Source: Somniosus microcephalus
Taxonomy: Eukaryota
Length of the DNA: 64,000 nucleotides
Reading direction: 5' to 3'
Assembly: GCA_052327205.1 (NCBI GenBank)
Contig: CM126202.1
Location: 393,700,001 to 393,764,000 of the forward strand
The position numbers and the translations under genes were made by a program. Below the pieces are notes generated by a model. That model was not told the DNA's origin, ran no database searches, and was given only the letters and a program-made list of their open reading frames with translations. This document shows positions 36,480-50,360 of the stretch, in pieces (within the stretch, counting starts at the first letter, position 1; each line of letters starts with the position of its first letter).

Positions 36480-39460
36480 AACAAAAGTGGCAGTCAGAGA
36501 AATCAACGGTTTAAATCAAACGTGGCCACAGTAAATAATAATTCTAATAGGTCTAAGAGCGTTAAAAAAAACAAGCCTGAAGGCTTTGTATCTTAATGCG
36601 AGGAGCATTTGTAATAAGGTGGATGAATTGGCTGAGCAAATAGAGGTAAACGAATATGATTTGGTTGGGATTACGGAAACGTGGCTCGAGGATGGCCAAG
36701 ACTGGGAACTCAACATCCAGGGGTATTCGATATTCAGGAAAGATAGGCAAAAAGGAAAGGGAGGAGGGGTAGCATTACTGGTTAAAGAAGGGATTAACAC
36801 AATTGTAATGAAGGATATTCGCTCTGATGATGTGGAATCTGTATGGGTAGAATTGAGAAATACTAAGGGGGGAAAAAAACATTAGTGGGAGTGGTATATA
36901 GACCTCCAAACAGTAAGGCGGAGGTTGGGGATGGCATTAAAAGGGAAATTAAAGAAGCGTGCAATAAGGGCACAGCAGTCATCATGGGTGACTTTAATCT
37001 ATATATAGATTGGGCTAACCAAATTAGTAACAATACTGTGGAGGAGGAATTCCTGGAGTGTTTATGGGATGGTTTCCTGGACCAATATGCCGAGGAACCA
37101 ACCAGAGATCAGGCCATCTTAGACTGGGTATTATGTAACGAGAAAGGATTAATTAGCAATCTTGTTGTACGAGGCCCTTTGGGTCGGAGCGATCATAATA
37201 TGATCGAATTCTTCATTAAGATGGAGAATGAAGTAGTTGACTCAGAAACTAGGGTCCTCAATTTAAATAAAGGAAACTACGATGGTCTGAGGAGCGAGTT
37301 GGGTAGGATTGATTGGGGAATGGCACTCAAAGGGTTGACGGTGGATAGGCAATGGCAAACATTCAAAGGCCGAATGGATGAACTACAGAAGTTGTTCATC
37401 CCAGTTTGGCATAAAAATAAAACAAAAAAGGTGACTCAACCGTGGCTAACAAGGGAAATTAGAGATAGCTTAAGATCCAAGGAGAGGACATACAAATTGG
37501 CCAGAAAAAGCAATAATCCTGAGGATTGGGAGCAGTTTAGGATTCAACAAAGGAGGACAAAGGGATTAATTAAGAAAGGGGAAATAGAATATGAGAGTAA
37601 GCTTTCAGGGAACATAAAAACTGACTGTAAAAGCTTTTATAGATATGTAAAGAGAAAAAGACTGGTGAAGCCAAGCGTAGGTCCCTTGCAGTCAGAATCG
37701 GGGGAATTTATAATGGGGAACAAAGAAATGGCAGACCAACTAAATACATATTTTGGTTCTGTCTTCACAAAGGAGGACACAAATAACCTCCCAGAGATGC
37801 CGGGGAACATAGGGTCTGATGAAAGGGAGGAACTGAAAGAAATTAGTATTTGTAGGGAAATGGTGTTAGGGAAATTGATGGGATTGAAGGCCGATAAATC
37901 CCCAGGGCCTGATAATCTACATCCTAGGGTAATTAAGGAAGTGGCCCTAGAAATAGCAGATGCATTGCTTGTCATCTTCCAAAATTCGATAGACTCTGGA
38001 ACAGTACCCATGGATTGGAGGGTAGCTAATGTTACCCCACTATTCAAAAAAGGTGGTAGAGAAAAAGTGGGGAATTATAGACCGGTAAGCCTGACATCGG
38101 TAGTGGGGAAAATGCTAGAGTCCATTATAAAAGATGTAATAGCAGAGCACTTGGAAAGCAGTGACGGGATCGGACAAAGTCAACATGGATTTACAAAAGG
38201 TAAATCCTGCTTGACTAATCTACTGGAATTTTTTGAGGATGCAACTGGTAAAATAGATAAGGGAGAATCAGTGGATGTGGTGTATTTGGACTTTCAGAAG
38301 GCTTTCGATAAGGTCCCGCATAAGAGATTAGCGTGCAAAATTAAGGCACATGGGATTGGGGGCACGGTATTGACTTGGATAGAGAACTGGTTGGCGGACA
38401 GAAAGCAGAGTTGGAATAAGCGGGTCGTTTTCCGAGTGGCAGGCAGTGACTAGTGGGGTACCGCAAGGATCAGTCCTAGGACCCCAGCTGTTCACAATAT
38501 ATATTAATGAGCTGGACGAGGGAATTGGATGTAATATCTCCAAATTTGCAGACACAAAGCTGGGTGGGAGGGTATGCTGTGAGGAGGATGTCATGAAACT
38601 CCAGTACGATTTGGACAGGTTGGGTGATTGGGCAGAAACATGGCAAATGCACTGTAATGTGGATAAATGTGAGGTTATCCACTTTGGTGGCAATAACAGG
38701 AAGGCAGATTATTTGAATGGCAATAGATTAGGAGAAGGGGAAGTGCAAAGAGACCTGGGTGTTCTTGTGCACCAGTCGCTGAAGGTAAGCATGCAGGTGC
38801 AGCAGGCGGTTAAGAAGGCAAATGGTATGTTGGCCTTCGTAGCAAGAGGGTTCGAGTACAAGAACAAGGATGTCTTGCTGCAGTTGTACAGGGCCTTGGT
38901 GAGACCGCACCTTGAGTATTGTGTGCAGTTTTGGTCACCTTACCTGAGGAAGGATGTTCTTGCCATGGAGGGAGTGCAGCGAAGATTCACCAGGCTGATA
39001 CCTGGGATGGCAGGAATGACGTATGAGGAGAGATTGTGTCGATTGGGCTTATACTCACTGGAGTTTAGAAGATTGAGAGGGGATCTCATCGAAACCTATA
39101 AAATTCTGTCTGGTCTGGACAGACTAGATGCAGAAAGGATGTTTCTGATGGCCGGGGAGTCCAGAACCAGGGATCATAGTCTAAGGATAAGGGGTAAGCC
39201 ATTTAGGACTGAAATGAGGAGGAATTTCTTCACCCAGAGAGTGGTGAACCTGTGGAATTCTCTGCCACAGAGGGCAGTGGAGGCCAGTTCATTAAATATA
39301 TTCAAGAAGGAGTTGGATATATTTCTTAAGGCTAAAGGGATCAAGGGATATGGGGAGAAGGCAGGGACAGGGTACTGAATTTGGATGATCAGCCATGATC
39401 TCATTGACTGGCGGGGCAGGCTCGAATGGCCTACTCCTGCTCCTATCTTCTATGTTTCTA
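36480..39460 (+). mobile_element. CR1-clade LINE with an almost complete ORF2 (AP endonuclease + RT), frameshifted
   Basis: YLNARSI, GITETWL, YRPP, GDFN, SDHN and RT motifs across ORFs 36586-36885, 36885-38453 and 38446-39378. The catalytic FADD is reduced to FAD. Confidence 0.96.
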
Positions 39461-39784
39461 AGCCGAAAGAGACATTATGATACCCAAGCAGCACAGTACT
39501 TAAAAACAAAACTAGAATCAGTTTACAAAATGTTTGTGTGTCCTTTTATAGCAAAGTGTTTCTTAAACTATGACAGGCAGCAGAACTTATGGATGAAACA
39601 TTCAGACATGTCTCTTAATAGACCTTCAAAATGCAATGTTGATTATAGGTTACCTGAAATCCAGTTCACCCACAGAGTTCAATTTTTTTTTTGCCAAACT
39701 GAACACTAGCAGTGAAATATTTGATGCATGCCATAATACTACTTTTATGTTAGCTGTTTCTTTTCAACTAAAGGTGGCTGCAGT

Positions 39785-40375
39785 ATATAAGAGTAAGGAA
39801 GTCCTGCTGCAATTATATAGGGCTTTGGTGAGACCACACCTTGAGTACTGTGTACAGTATTGGTCCCCTTACCTAAGGAAGGATATACTTGCCATGGAGG
39901 GGGTGCAGCAAATGTTCACTAGATTGATTCCTGGGATGAGAGGGCTGTCCTATGAGGAGAGATTGAATAGAATGGACCTATATTCTCAAGTTTAGAAGAA
40001 TCAGAGGTGATCTCATTGAAATGTATAACATTCTTAGAGGGTTTAACGGGGTAGATGCTGAGAAGCTGGTTCCCTTGGCTGGAGAGTCTAGAACTAGGGG
40101 TCATAGTCTCAGGATAAGGGGTCGGCCCTTTTGGATGGAGATGTGAAGAAATGTCTTCACTCGGGGTTGTGAATCTTTGGAATTCTCTACCCTGGAGGGC
40201 TGTGATGCTCAAGTCGTTGAGTATATCCAAGACTGAGATCGATAGAATTTTGGACGCTAAGGGATACGGGGGTAGTGCGGGAAAGTGGAGTTGATGTAAA
40301 AGTTCAGCCATGATCTTATTGAATGGCGGAGCAGGCTCAAGGGGCCGTATAACCTGCTCCTGCTTCTTATGTTAA
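39785..40375 (+). mobile_element. CR1 3' fragment
   Basis: YKSKEVLLQLYRALVRPHLEYCVQYWSPY and 3' UTR. Confidence 0.9.
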
Positions 40376-40899
40376 CAGATTTTATATATTCTGAGATCTA
40401 TGTCCGGAAATTGCCACTTCCTTAGTTTATTGCCCCATACATTTTTTATTCCTGATCATTAATTCCCCTAAGGGCCGTTTATGCAGAGAAGAATCCTCTC
40501 CGTCACTGTCTGTCAAGTTGTACACATTAGCACCTGCAAATTTATTTCCCCCCCCCCCACCCCGCCTGCAACCTTCAAAGGGAACCCTTTTGATGGGTAT
40601 TTATTTTCCTGCACACTGGGTCTCTCTGCCTGTCATTTTGTAACTTGGTAAGGGAAGGCAGCTTCTGTTTTCCCTGATTTTTTTTTTTTTTTTTTAAAAA
40701 GAGCAACAGAAGCTTCCCTAATTATTACAGGCACTTCTGGTTGTTAAAATGATGGCAACATTTTCTGTTTCCAGTCTTTCTTTATCATTTTAACATAATT
40801 GATGACCGAATGGCTTTTGGAACATTACAAGTTAATCCACTAAGATTTTTGTAGGCTCAGTGTAAGAAAAGAGGATCAGTTAGTTTTTCTGATGTGCAG

Positions 40900-41482
40900 C
40901 ATAGCAGATCCCAGGGGCGCACTGTGTGCAGAAGTGTACCTGGGATCACGTGGGCCAGTGCTCCAGTCAGCAAACAGATGTTTATGCACATTAAATCCTG
41001 GAAGGCTCTAACATGGGTTTATTTTTTCCTTTCCTCCACTTTCAGTACAGATTTTATTAAGCTTATGTTCCACATAGGTGCAAAAAAAAAAAAAAAAACC
41101 CTCAATGTACCAACTGCTTCCTCTGAACTTTTCATGGACAATAAATACCTTTCATGGACAAAATCCTAAAATGCTTCCATTTCTGGCCTTTTATAGCTTT
41201 TAAAATTACTTGGATTTGTCAGGAGGTAATCCCCTTGCACTGTGCAAACAAGTCCTGTGCCTGTAAAATTTTCATATGTAATTGCTGGGCAGTTGGTAGG
41301 CAATTAGCCCAACTCTGTGCCAGCAATTAGGATTTCCCCTCGGTGCGGATCATCTGTCGGATCGCAAGTTCAGGATTTGGCGCAAGTGCATGCGGAAATC
41401 CCAAACTTGCGGTCCATTTCAAAGGTGGTATGATAGCGTACTTTGAGAGTACACTGTCGTAGCGACCACAAATTCCGGGCCA
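40900..41482. mobile_element. Decayed Harbinger-MITE-related fragments
   Basis: GATCCCAGGGGCGCA...CCTGGGATCACGTGGGCC is shared with 32134-32182. A TIR-like AAATTCCGGGCC|ATT lies at ~41470-41484. Confidence 0.5.
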
Positions 41483-42237
41483 TTGTTCTAGAAAACTGTT
41501 CAGAATACAATACACTCTAGAAATTCATTGCCTTTACTACTTGAGCTGTTCTGCTTCTTGCAGTCTGAAAATTAAAATCTCACGATAAGAGTAATTTGGC
41601 TGCCAGTATCATCTGGTATCATCATTGTCAAAAATCTCAAATTCAAGGTTAATTTTGATTCTACTGTTGGCCAACTGGGCTACTCCTGTCATATGTGGAG
41701 GACGCCACAGCATAAGAGAACTTAATTTCCTCTCTTAACTTGAAGTTCTTGACACTCTGAAGAATAGCTCATAATTATCAGTCTGCTTCTAAGTGTTTCA
41801 TAAAGGGGAAAAAAAGGCCTGTAAAAGAAATACAGAAAATTTGGGTATACATGGTATTACCTCATATCATTTGTGGACTTGGTTGATATTGTGTGGTTGT
41901 TGCCTGGTTTGGATATGAATTACCACAAGGATTTCTGACCTACTGTACATATTTATTGAGGTAATGTTTTGAAATGGTGACATTTTATTATTAAACATTT
42001 TTTTTAAAGTAGACTAAATTATGTAAATTGAGTAAATAATACACATCAGTGCACTCTGGGCATTGATGCCTTCATACAGACAGTTGCAATTTTACTCTCG
42101 GTTGGTATTTGTTAATTCTAGTTTTGAGCACTGACCTAGTTACCTAAGACATTTTCCAATTCTAATTGATCTTGCTACATGGAAAAAAAAAACTGTAATG
42201 GAATTAGTTAAATTAATGTGTGCACTATTGATGGTAT

Positions 42238-42621
42238 TGTAGCGATTCGTGTGCATCACCACTAAATAATCGAGTTCGACTTCAACGAACTATAAATAAG
42301 TTGTTTATTTACAGGAACAGGTTAAATACAACAAGTAAGGTAGCAGGTAAGATGGCTGACTGTAGGAGCACCGTGGTGTAGGTCTTTCCCCAGCGGGGAT
42401 GCCACGAGGACTAACTAGAAGTTTCCCAGCTCCACTGCCAGCAGGTTCCGAGCTCAACTGCCAGCAGGTTCCGAGCTCTTCTGTTGGAAGGTTCTGAGCT
42501 CTGACGTCATGACGCAGAGTACAGGAGAGAAGCCTGAGTATAGTAACAGACACATACAGTAAGGTAAGTTTAAAGGGAATTATGTATCTCAATGTAAGGG
42601 ACAACCAGTGGTACCGCCACA
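42238..42621 (-). mobile_element. Solo LTR (Gypsy-type)
   Basis: TGTAGCG...CGCCACA ends with 4-bp TSD GTAT. AATAAA on the minus strand at ~42304-42309. Internal direct repeats and a TGACGTCA site. Confidence 0.85.
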
Positions 42622-45600
42622 GTATTATAATGGTTTACTTACTAAGAAAATAAAGGAACTTGAAGTTTGCAAATGTTTTAAAATTCTGTGCAATTCAATT
42701 TTTGTATGCTATAACAACAACAGATTGTGAGATAATTGTCTAGGACTGTGTAAGCTTAAAAATATAGTGGAAAGTAAAAAATTACTTCATAACTTCTACA
42801 TTGTGGATTGAAATTTGGTTATTTAATGGTGCAGTGCCACATATTTTATACCCTAAGGATAGCGGTTCCTGTAATGGGAAGACAGTTGGTTATATTCTGA
42901 AGGATGAGGGAAGATAAACTGACAATTTAGCTTCATCCAAACTATTCTTGAGATTAATAACTCTTGTCTTACAGAGAACTGCTCCAAATGTATTTGGTAT
43001 CTGCTACTGAGGTCAGTGCTACCTTAACTGGCACTGTAATGTAAATACAGTATAATTTAATTGTGTGTATTTGTTAGATGAGCTATGCTGGGACCAGAAT
43101 GTAGGTTGGCATTAATAAATTAGGGTTGAGGTGCAGCAAGACAGAATCCAAAGCTTTTGGTTGAAATCCAGGGATGTTGTCTTTTGGTGGCCAGCAGATT
43201 TTGCAAGATGGTATAATGGTCACCAGCAGAGTTTCCTTTTAATTAATAAAACCACTCAGGACACTGATGCTGTTACAGAAACGATTTTTACGTCAAAATA
43301 TACACCAGGTTTATAACAAAACCAGGATGGTTAGATTTCAGTGTAACTGACCATAAATCATCCAGACAAAGCATGTGTTGTAGGTGACATAAATGTTGAT
43401 GGGCCATTGCCCTATAAATAATGTTTTCTGGTGCATTGGCTTCATCAAAAATAATTTGTATCAGTCATAGTAATTAACTTTTTTTTTAAAAGGCAAAGAT
43501 TGCAATTTTTTAAAGAAGTTGGCAACATTTTTTTAAAAACTCACCCATACACTTCACTCAACTGTGATGTATGCTTGATGGGCTTATCTATTTTGAAGAT
43601 AGTCTCTGCTTCTGTATCTCACTTTTCTGTGCATTTCTGATGTGCTTGTTTATGTGTATTGTCTGTTTTATTCTCTTGTATCATCTCTCCTTCCATGAGG
43701 AAAATTGGGGCTTGTCAGAAATTTGATTCTAAAACTTTGTTCAGATGTGCAAATTGATACCAAAATTATTAATTTGGATAATTCTGAACAGAAAGGAAAT
43801 ATTAAGTGCTAATATTCCATGGAGTTGTCACTTTTTTTACTGGATGTTATTTGAAAATGTTACTACTTTCCATTGATGCTCCCTATTGTTACCCAGCTGT
43901 GTGTGCACCGTTATCTTGTAAAGGAAAAACATTAACCAACTGCAGATTCCTATGTGGTTTGTGACAGCATTGTCGCTTCGTGATTCAGCCAGCATGAAAA
44001 GCACGTCAAAGGACTCTGGAAAATTAAGTGTTTATCCCTAGTAGCTGGCGTCGCAATACAAAATGGTAAAACTGTTGCAGTGAGGCAAGAACCTAATATT
44101 GCCTATATGTTGTGTTGTCCGCAGCAAGTGGCAGTGCTCTCATTGATGATAACACATTACTGGCATAAATTAGACCAACTCCTTGCATCAAAAGGCAGTT
44201 AGAACCCAACTTTTTGTGAGTCCTAGGAGCTGCCTTCAGAGGCAGTGCAAAACATTGGCAGAATAAGGGCCAGCAGGACTCTTGTATATTTAAAAAAAGG
44301 GAAAAGCAGTGCTTGTAAGACATGGGTCTCTGCTTGAACATAGATATCTTGGACTTCTGTTATCAGCATAAGATTGCTGTAAACGAAATGGCCGTACAAG
44401 TGAAGCCATGCAGGGTTTGACACTATTTCTTGCTCGAAAGGACAGGCACACTATTTTCTAACTTAATTTAAGCTAAAACGGTATTTAAAATTAAATGTTA
44501 AATTTATCCAGAAGTGATAATACTACCAAGCTGCTATTGTACAGTTGCATTCAATGTTTAAATATACAGCTTAATTAAGAATTGCATTTCCATTAAAATA
44601 ATGAAATCAATTATCAGTAGTAAACTTGAGGATCATCTGTACAACAACGCCATGGATTCAGAGGGGAAAACCAACCTCCTTGCCTTTTAAAGAAGTGACA
44701 ACCCAAGTGGACTGTGGTAAGCCCTATGGCATGGTGTACATTAATTTCCAAAAGGTTTTTGATGAAATCCCACACGGAGACCAGTGTAGTGTTCAGGTGG
44801 AGTGAGGTTAGAGGACCAGGATGCACAGATGTAATTAAGTCATCATTTTTAAAGATACATCACTTGCACTGGCAGATGGGTATAATTATAGTGTTACAAG
44901 TTTACATAGGCAGTTTCCATTCAAAATGTGGACGTAGGAATTTATAATGGAAAAGATTATAAGGGAATGCATGCAGATGTAAGATTTTTTTTTTTAATCT
45001 ATTACCAGCTGTGGTGTTGCACATGGGGAGTCCAGCACAAGTGCAGTCTTCAAATGAAGCAGACTAAAACAATGAGGGATAGATAGTTGGACCAAAGCAC
45101 GTAGATATAATTCAATCCCTATTTAAAAGTCATATTTTCTGTCCTTGTTTTTTCCATAACACATTTGTGTGTCTACATTTAGAATGGAAAGTGCCTATGT
45201 ATTCTTTTCATGCTCTAATCACCTTTACTTTCACACATGGCCGCCATTGTTTTCTGTTTAATATAAGCATGGCTGATGTTGGTTATATTGTGGCTTTATT
45301 TTGCGATTAGAATATCTATATCAAATAATAAGTCTTGGGCTGCATGCATTTCCTGTTTGTAGTACTTAATTTCTGTGTCAGTTTCCTCATGTCTGGGGTG
45401 TAATGATTTGGGTAGCACCAGGATGCTTGCCCTTAAAATGCCTACATACTTGTTAATTACCACGTAGTGCAGACTTCCTGACAGTAGATCGTGTTATTGC
45501 ATCTATTTCTGTCTTTCCGTTGACCCAACCCCCACCTTTCTTTTGTGGCCTCGCCACTTTCCCTCCGGCCTCACCCTACTATTTGCTCTCCAACCTGAGG

Positions 45601-45679
45601 CATGTTTACTACGTGGGTAGGATTGAAGTTGCCAACAAGGGAATTGAACGACATCCAAGGGTATTAGTTAATTAATCAC

Positions 45680-46302
45680 TCACGGCATTTAAACAGTGTG
45701 AGGTGTCAATAAATAATGCAAATAGGGTGCTGGGTTATGTTGCCAAATCAGTTGAGTTCATATCCTTGGAGATCTTGCTGAAGCTGTACTTTCCCTCTGG
45801 TTAGGCTTTCTTGGAGTACTAGGTACATTTGTTTGCTGAAATGGAAGGGGACTGTTGAGCTGCTTGAGGCAGTGCAGAGGTGAGCAATGAGTCCGATTCC
45901 TCGTATCTAAGAAAAACACATCAAAATATTTTATTAAAAGTGAGAGACTAGGAGCTGTGGAGCAGCACATGGATATAGGTGTCCCTGTACTTAAATCTCA
46001 AAGCTAGTGCACAGTTACGCAAAATAATCAAAGTCTAATGAAATGTTGGCCTTTATCTCAAGGGGATTAGAATTCAAAAGTGAAGTGATGCTTCATTTGT
46101 GCCTGGTCAGACCTCCTCCTGGAGTACTGCATTCAGTGTTGAGCACCAAACCTCAGACTGAGAGTGATTGATTGATTCAGGGTAGTGAGGGATATGGATC
46201 AAAGGTGAGTAAATGGAGTTGAGATACAGATCAGCTATGATCTAATTCAATGGCGGAACAGACTTGAGGGGCTGAATGGTCTACTCTTGTTCGTATGTTC
46301 CT
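45680..46302 (+). mobile_element. Decayed CR1 3' remnants
   Basis: AATAGGGTGCTGGGTTAT / AAATGTTGGCCTTTAT and a 3' UTR resembling the other CR1 copies. Confidence 0.6.
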
Positions 46303-46439
46303 TTCCAAGAGAAGAAACATGAAGAACAAATTGCTAATATAAGCATAGAACTAGGTTATATGTACAAAGACTTTTCATTGACCTTTGGAACAAGTTGCCG
46401 GCTCGTGCAGATTCGCTGCAAAAGTTCGAGGGAGCTGGA

Positions 46440-47300
46440 CATGTTCTTGGCTGTGGTTCATCCTTCTCGACTTGTCTTTAGCCTTTTATGCTGTTGAACA
46501 CACCATCCTCCTCCAACGTCTTTCCTCTGGTCCAGCTGGGAGGTACTGCCCTCGCCTGGCTCCATTCCTGTCCATCCAGTTGTAGCCAGAGAATCACCTG
46601 TAATCCCACTCTTGCACCGTTAGCTCTGGAGTCCCCCAGGGATCTATCCATCGCCCCTCCTATTTCTCATCTACACGCTGCCCCTCGACAACGACATCTG
46701 AAAACACAACTTCAGGTTCCACATGTACGCTAACGACACCCAGCTCTACCTCACCACCACCTCTCTCGAACCCTCCGCTGCCTCTGATTTGTCACGTTGT
46801 TTGTCCAACATTCTGTATTGAATGAGCAGAAATTTTCTCCAATTAAATATTGGGAAGACCAAAGCCATTGTTTTTCTGCAGTATTTTGCTATCGTACCAT
46901 TGTTTTTGGTCCCTGCCACAAACTCCCTGGCCACTGGTCTGAGGCTGAACTAGACTGTTTACAACCTTAGTGTCCTATTTGACCCTGAGCTGAGCTTCTG
47001 ACCCCCACATCCTCTCCATCACCAAGACCGACTATTCCAATACTCTTCTGGCCAGCTTCCCACCTTGCACCATCTGTAAACTTGGTCTCTTCTAAAACTC
47101 TGCTGCCTGTATCCTAACTCGCACCAAGTATTGTTCACCCATCATCCCTGTGCTTGCTACATTGGCTCCTGGTCCAGCAACATCTCGATTCTAAAATTCT
47201 CATCCTTTTCAAATGCTGCTGTGGCCTTGCCACATCCTATATCTGTAACCTCCTACAACCCTCAATTTCTGTGCTCTGCCTATTCTGGCCCCTTGCGCAT
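46440..47300 (+). mobile_element. L2 LINE RT fragment
   Basis: LLDLSLAFYAVEHTILLQRL (L2 consensus LLDLSAAFDTVDH), GVP-G, and MYANDTQLY. Confidence 0.85.
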
Positions 47301-48277
47301 CCAATTGTCAATGTTTCTCATGACCACTGTGGTCTCCTGGAGCTCATTTTGATCACCTTTGGGCATTGGAGAGGCAGCACCATGACTGTACGGGGCTACC
47401 TCGATGGACCAAGTGGTCTTTTCTTGTGTCATTTACGTATGTTCGTATAAGCTAGAACTCTTAAGTCTTGAAAACAAATGTTTGAGTGATCACGGAGACA
47501 TATTATACTTAAGATACAGAAGTAAAGCTGAAGTAATACCTTCATACACCAGTGTATAGCAGGCCAAGAGGGTTCAGGCTCTGGGGTGTAAAGGGCAAAT
47601 CTAGGACAGATGTCAGAAAGCAATTCTTTACACAGAGGGTGATCAACAGCTGGAACGGATTACCTGGACTTGGTTAAGAAGCAATTAGAGGCTGGTATGA
47701 GATGGAATAGTTGGTATGCTGAAAGGATTGGAATAAATGATCCTAATTTATTTTGTGATCTTGCTCTCCCTTGCCTAGTCCATTATAGTGTCTATACTGC
47801 CGCCCTGGGTGAAACCGGGTAACTCAGCACAGCAAGTAAATCAACCTGGAACCTTCCAGCTTGGTACAGAGTCTTAACACAACATTTATTCCATGAATGA
47901 TTGAAAGGGGAAAGAAAATCTGTAATCTTGCTTTATAATCAACAATGGAAACGGACTTTTTTGATATGTTGTCGTTGTTTACTCGGTTTGCAGCAAACTT
48001 TGTGCATGGCTTCTCAGTTGGCAATTTTGAGATTTCAGCTTGATGAAATTGAAATGTGTTCTTACTTTACTCTAACTTTTTCAAATGTATTTTATTGCTA
48101 TAAATAAAATTGCTAAAGATTAGCTATGTTTTTAATTTCCATTTGTTGTGATGAGAAACTGATTTTGACTCTAAACCATGTACAGATGTGTTTTTGAATA
48201 CACATTAGAAAGCTGGGCAATGAGTATCTAGATACAGAGAAATGTTGCAGCATAACATGTTCCTTCATGTAATGACA

Positions 48278-48462
48278 TTCACAGAAACCCCACAGTGCAG
48301 ATAGAGGCCATTCGGCCCATCGAGCCTGCACCGACACATATCCCACCCGATCCCCGTAACCCCTACACAACACATATCCCACTCTATCCCCATGTATTTA
48401 ATCCCCCTAACACAGGGTCAATTTATCATAGCCAATCAACCTAACCCGCACATCTTTGGACA
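48278..48462 (-). mobile_element. HE1-like V-SINE 3' fragment
   Basis: Reverse complement of ~53620-53815. Confidence 0.85.
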
Positions 48463-48504
48463 CATTGTGACCATGCCAAAAACAAGCTACATTTCAGTAA
48501 AGTT

Positions 48505-48722
48505 CTAAATCTCAAATAACAACAGAAAATACTGGAAACACTCAGCAGGTCAGGCAGCATCCATGGAGAGGGAAACCGAGTTAAAGTTTCAGGTCTGTGA
48601 CCCTTCGTCAGAACTGGAAAAAGTTAGAGATGTAACAGGTTTTAACCAGTGCAGAGGCGGGGGAAGGGGAGGAAAGAACAAAAGGGATGGTCTGTGATAG
48701 GATGGGAGGAGAGGTTAAATGT
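48505..48722 (-). mobile_element. Solo PLE pseudo-LTR fragment with a hammerhead motif at 48579-48615
   Basis: AGTT-CTGACGA-A-GGGTC aca GACCT-GAAACTTT-AACT; the stem III palindrome is mutated. Confidence 0.8.
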
Positions 48723-49109
48723 CAAACACGAGAAGGGAAACCGAAAGCAATGAAGATTTGTTGGTGGGTGTGGAGGATGAATTGAAATTTGTTGTGCTAG
48801 CTCTTTATGAAAGTCTTCAGTGAAAATCCATGATTAAAGTAGAATAATTGGTCCAATAGGTGTGGCAGCAAGTTAAATATTTTGGTGGTCCAATTTCCCT
48901 CTTGTTTCTTTGCTCACCCCCCCCCCCGCAAGGATTTTGCACAAGTTGAGCGATGTATTTGACCCCTGCTTGACTTGAACAGAACTGAACTTATCTGAAT
49001 TTCCAGATTCCGCTCAATTTCAATTTGTGAATGTGTACAAAGCAGGCTTAATATCTGGGATTCACTGCATGCCCACTAGTGATAGGGAATTTGAATGCTG
49101 CTGCTGGCA

Positions 49110-49345
49110 GCAGTTTTGGAAGAAGGCTACCCTATTTTGATGAGGCTGTAGAAATTTTTGCTGCAATAAGTGTAGCTCAAGAGAAAAGGGGTGCTTTCCT
49201 AAAATGGCTGTCAAGTACCGAGAAGGGCAAGGCACAGAGCTAGGCAGGAGGTGACTGATTTGCTGAATGCAACCTGCACTTCACTCCATCCACATCCTCA
49301 GAGTTGTAATAAGATCAGGGACCTCACCAGGAGTGATAAGTTAGA
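49110..49345 (+). pseudogene. Highly decayed Harbinger Myb/SANT-like remnant
   Basis: QEVTDLLNATC...QSCNKIRDLTRS parallels the W.EV...QCRK.FNDL.R pattern seen at 12330-12569. Confidence 0.45.
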
Positions 49346-49764
49346 AAACTGCATAGCCATCTCATTTATGCACTGCAGCAGCAGTTATTGGCATGAACTC
49401 TTCCTCCGACCCATGTATTCCTATATTTCTAGTTTTTTATGGGTGCCATTTAGCCTGCACTGTGCACTTACTAGCAACTCAGTAGGGGACTGCAAACAAG
49501 GCCCTTTTCATGTGCAACTCCTGCATGTTACACATTAATGTCTTCCCAATACCTACAAGTAGCTCCCTGATGCATGGGTTTCTGTATATGACTGACCACC
49601 AACGTTAACTAATCAATGCCTACTTCAGCATTTGTAAGAGAAGGCACCACATAACAAAAGGGAGAGGGCAAATATAGGAGAAGTCCTGGAAAAGCGAGAC
49701 TGGGACGTGGAAAAAGACGCAGGCATGGTTTCGGTTCTGGTTTTCCCCACACTTGTCCTTTTAC

Positions 49765-49955
49765 GTCCACCTGAGAGTGTAGATGGGGTCTCTGTTTAAC
49801 GTCTCATCCGAAAGACTGCACCTCTGACAGTGCAGCACTCCCTCAGTAGTACACTGGAGTGTCAGCCTAGATTGTTCTCAAATCTCTGAAGTGGGACTTG
49901 AACCCACAAACTTGTGACTCAGGTGAGAGTGCTTCGAACTGAGCCAAGGCTGACT
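49765..49955 (-). mobile_element. Deu-domain SINE 5' half
   Basis: Reverse complement of the tRNA-like head and Deu core. Confidence 0.8.
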
Positions 49956-50034
49956 CATAGCTTTGCAAACCATAGGTCCAAAGTCACGTTTTTCCTCCCA
50001 AGCATGCTACACTTAACACATGTCATGTCTCAAA

Positions 50035-50360
50035 TTATATAGAATATACAGCACAGAAACAGGCCATTCAGTCCAACTAGTCTGTGCTGGTGTTTATACT
50101 CCACACGAGTCTCCTCCCATTCTATCTACCTCATCTCAGCCTTTCAGCATATCTTTCTATTCCCCTTTTCTCTCACGTGGTGGTCTAGTTTCCTTTTGAA
50201 AACATCTAAGCTATTTGCCTCAAGCAGTTCCTGTGATGGCAAGTTCCACATTCTAACCAATTTACTCGATTTCTCCCGCAAGTGGAATTATAATATGGAG
50301 ACCAGAACACTGCACTGTACTAGAGTGGTCTGACCAGGGTCCTATACAAGTTTAACATAA
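50035..50360 (-). mobile_element. CR1 3' fragment
   Basis: ATAGAATATACAGCACAGAAACAGGCCATTC terminus. Confidence 0.7.
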
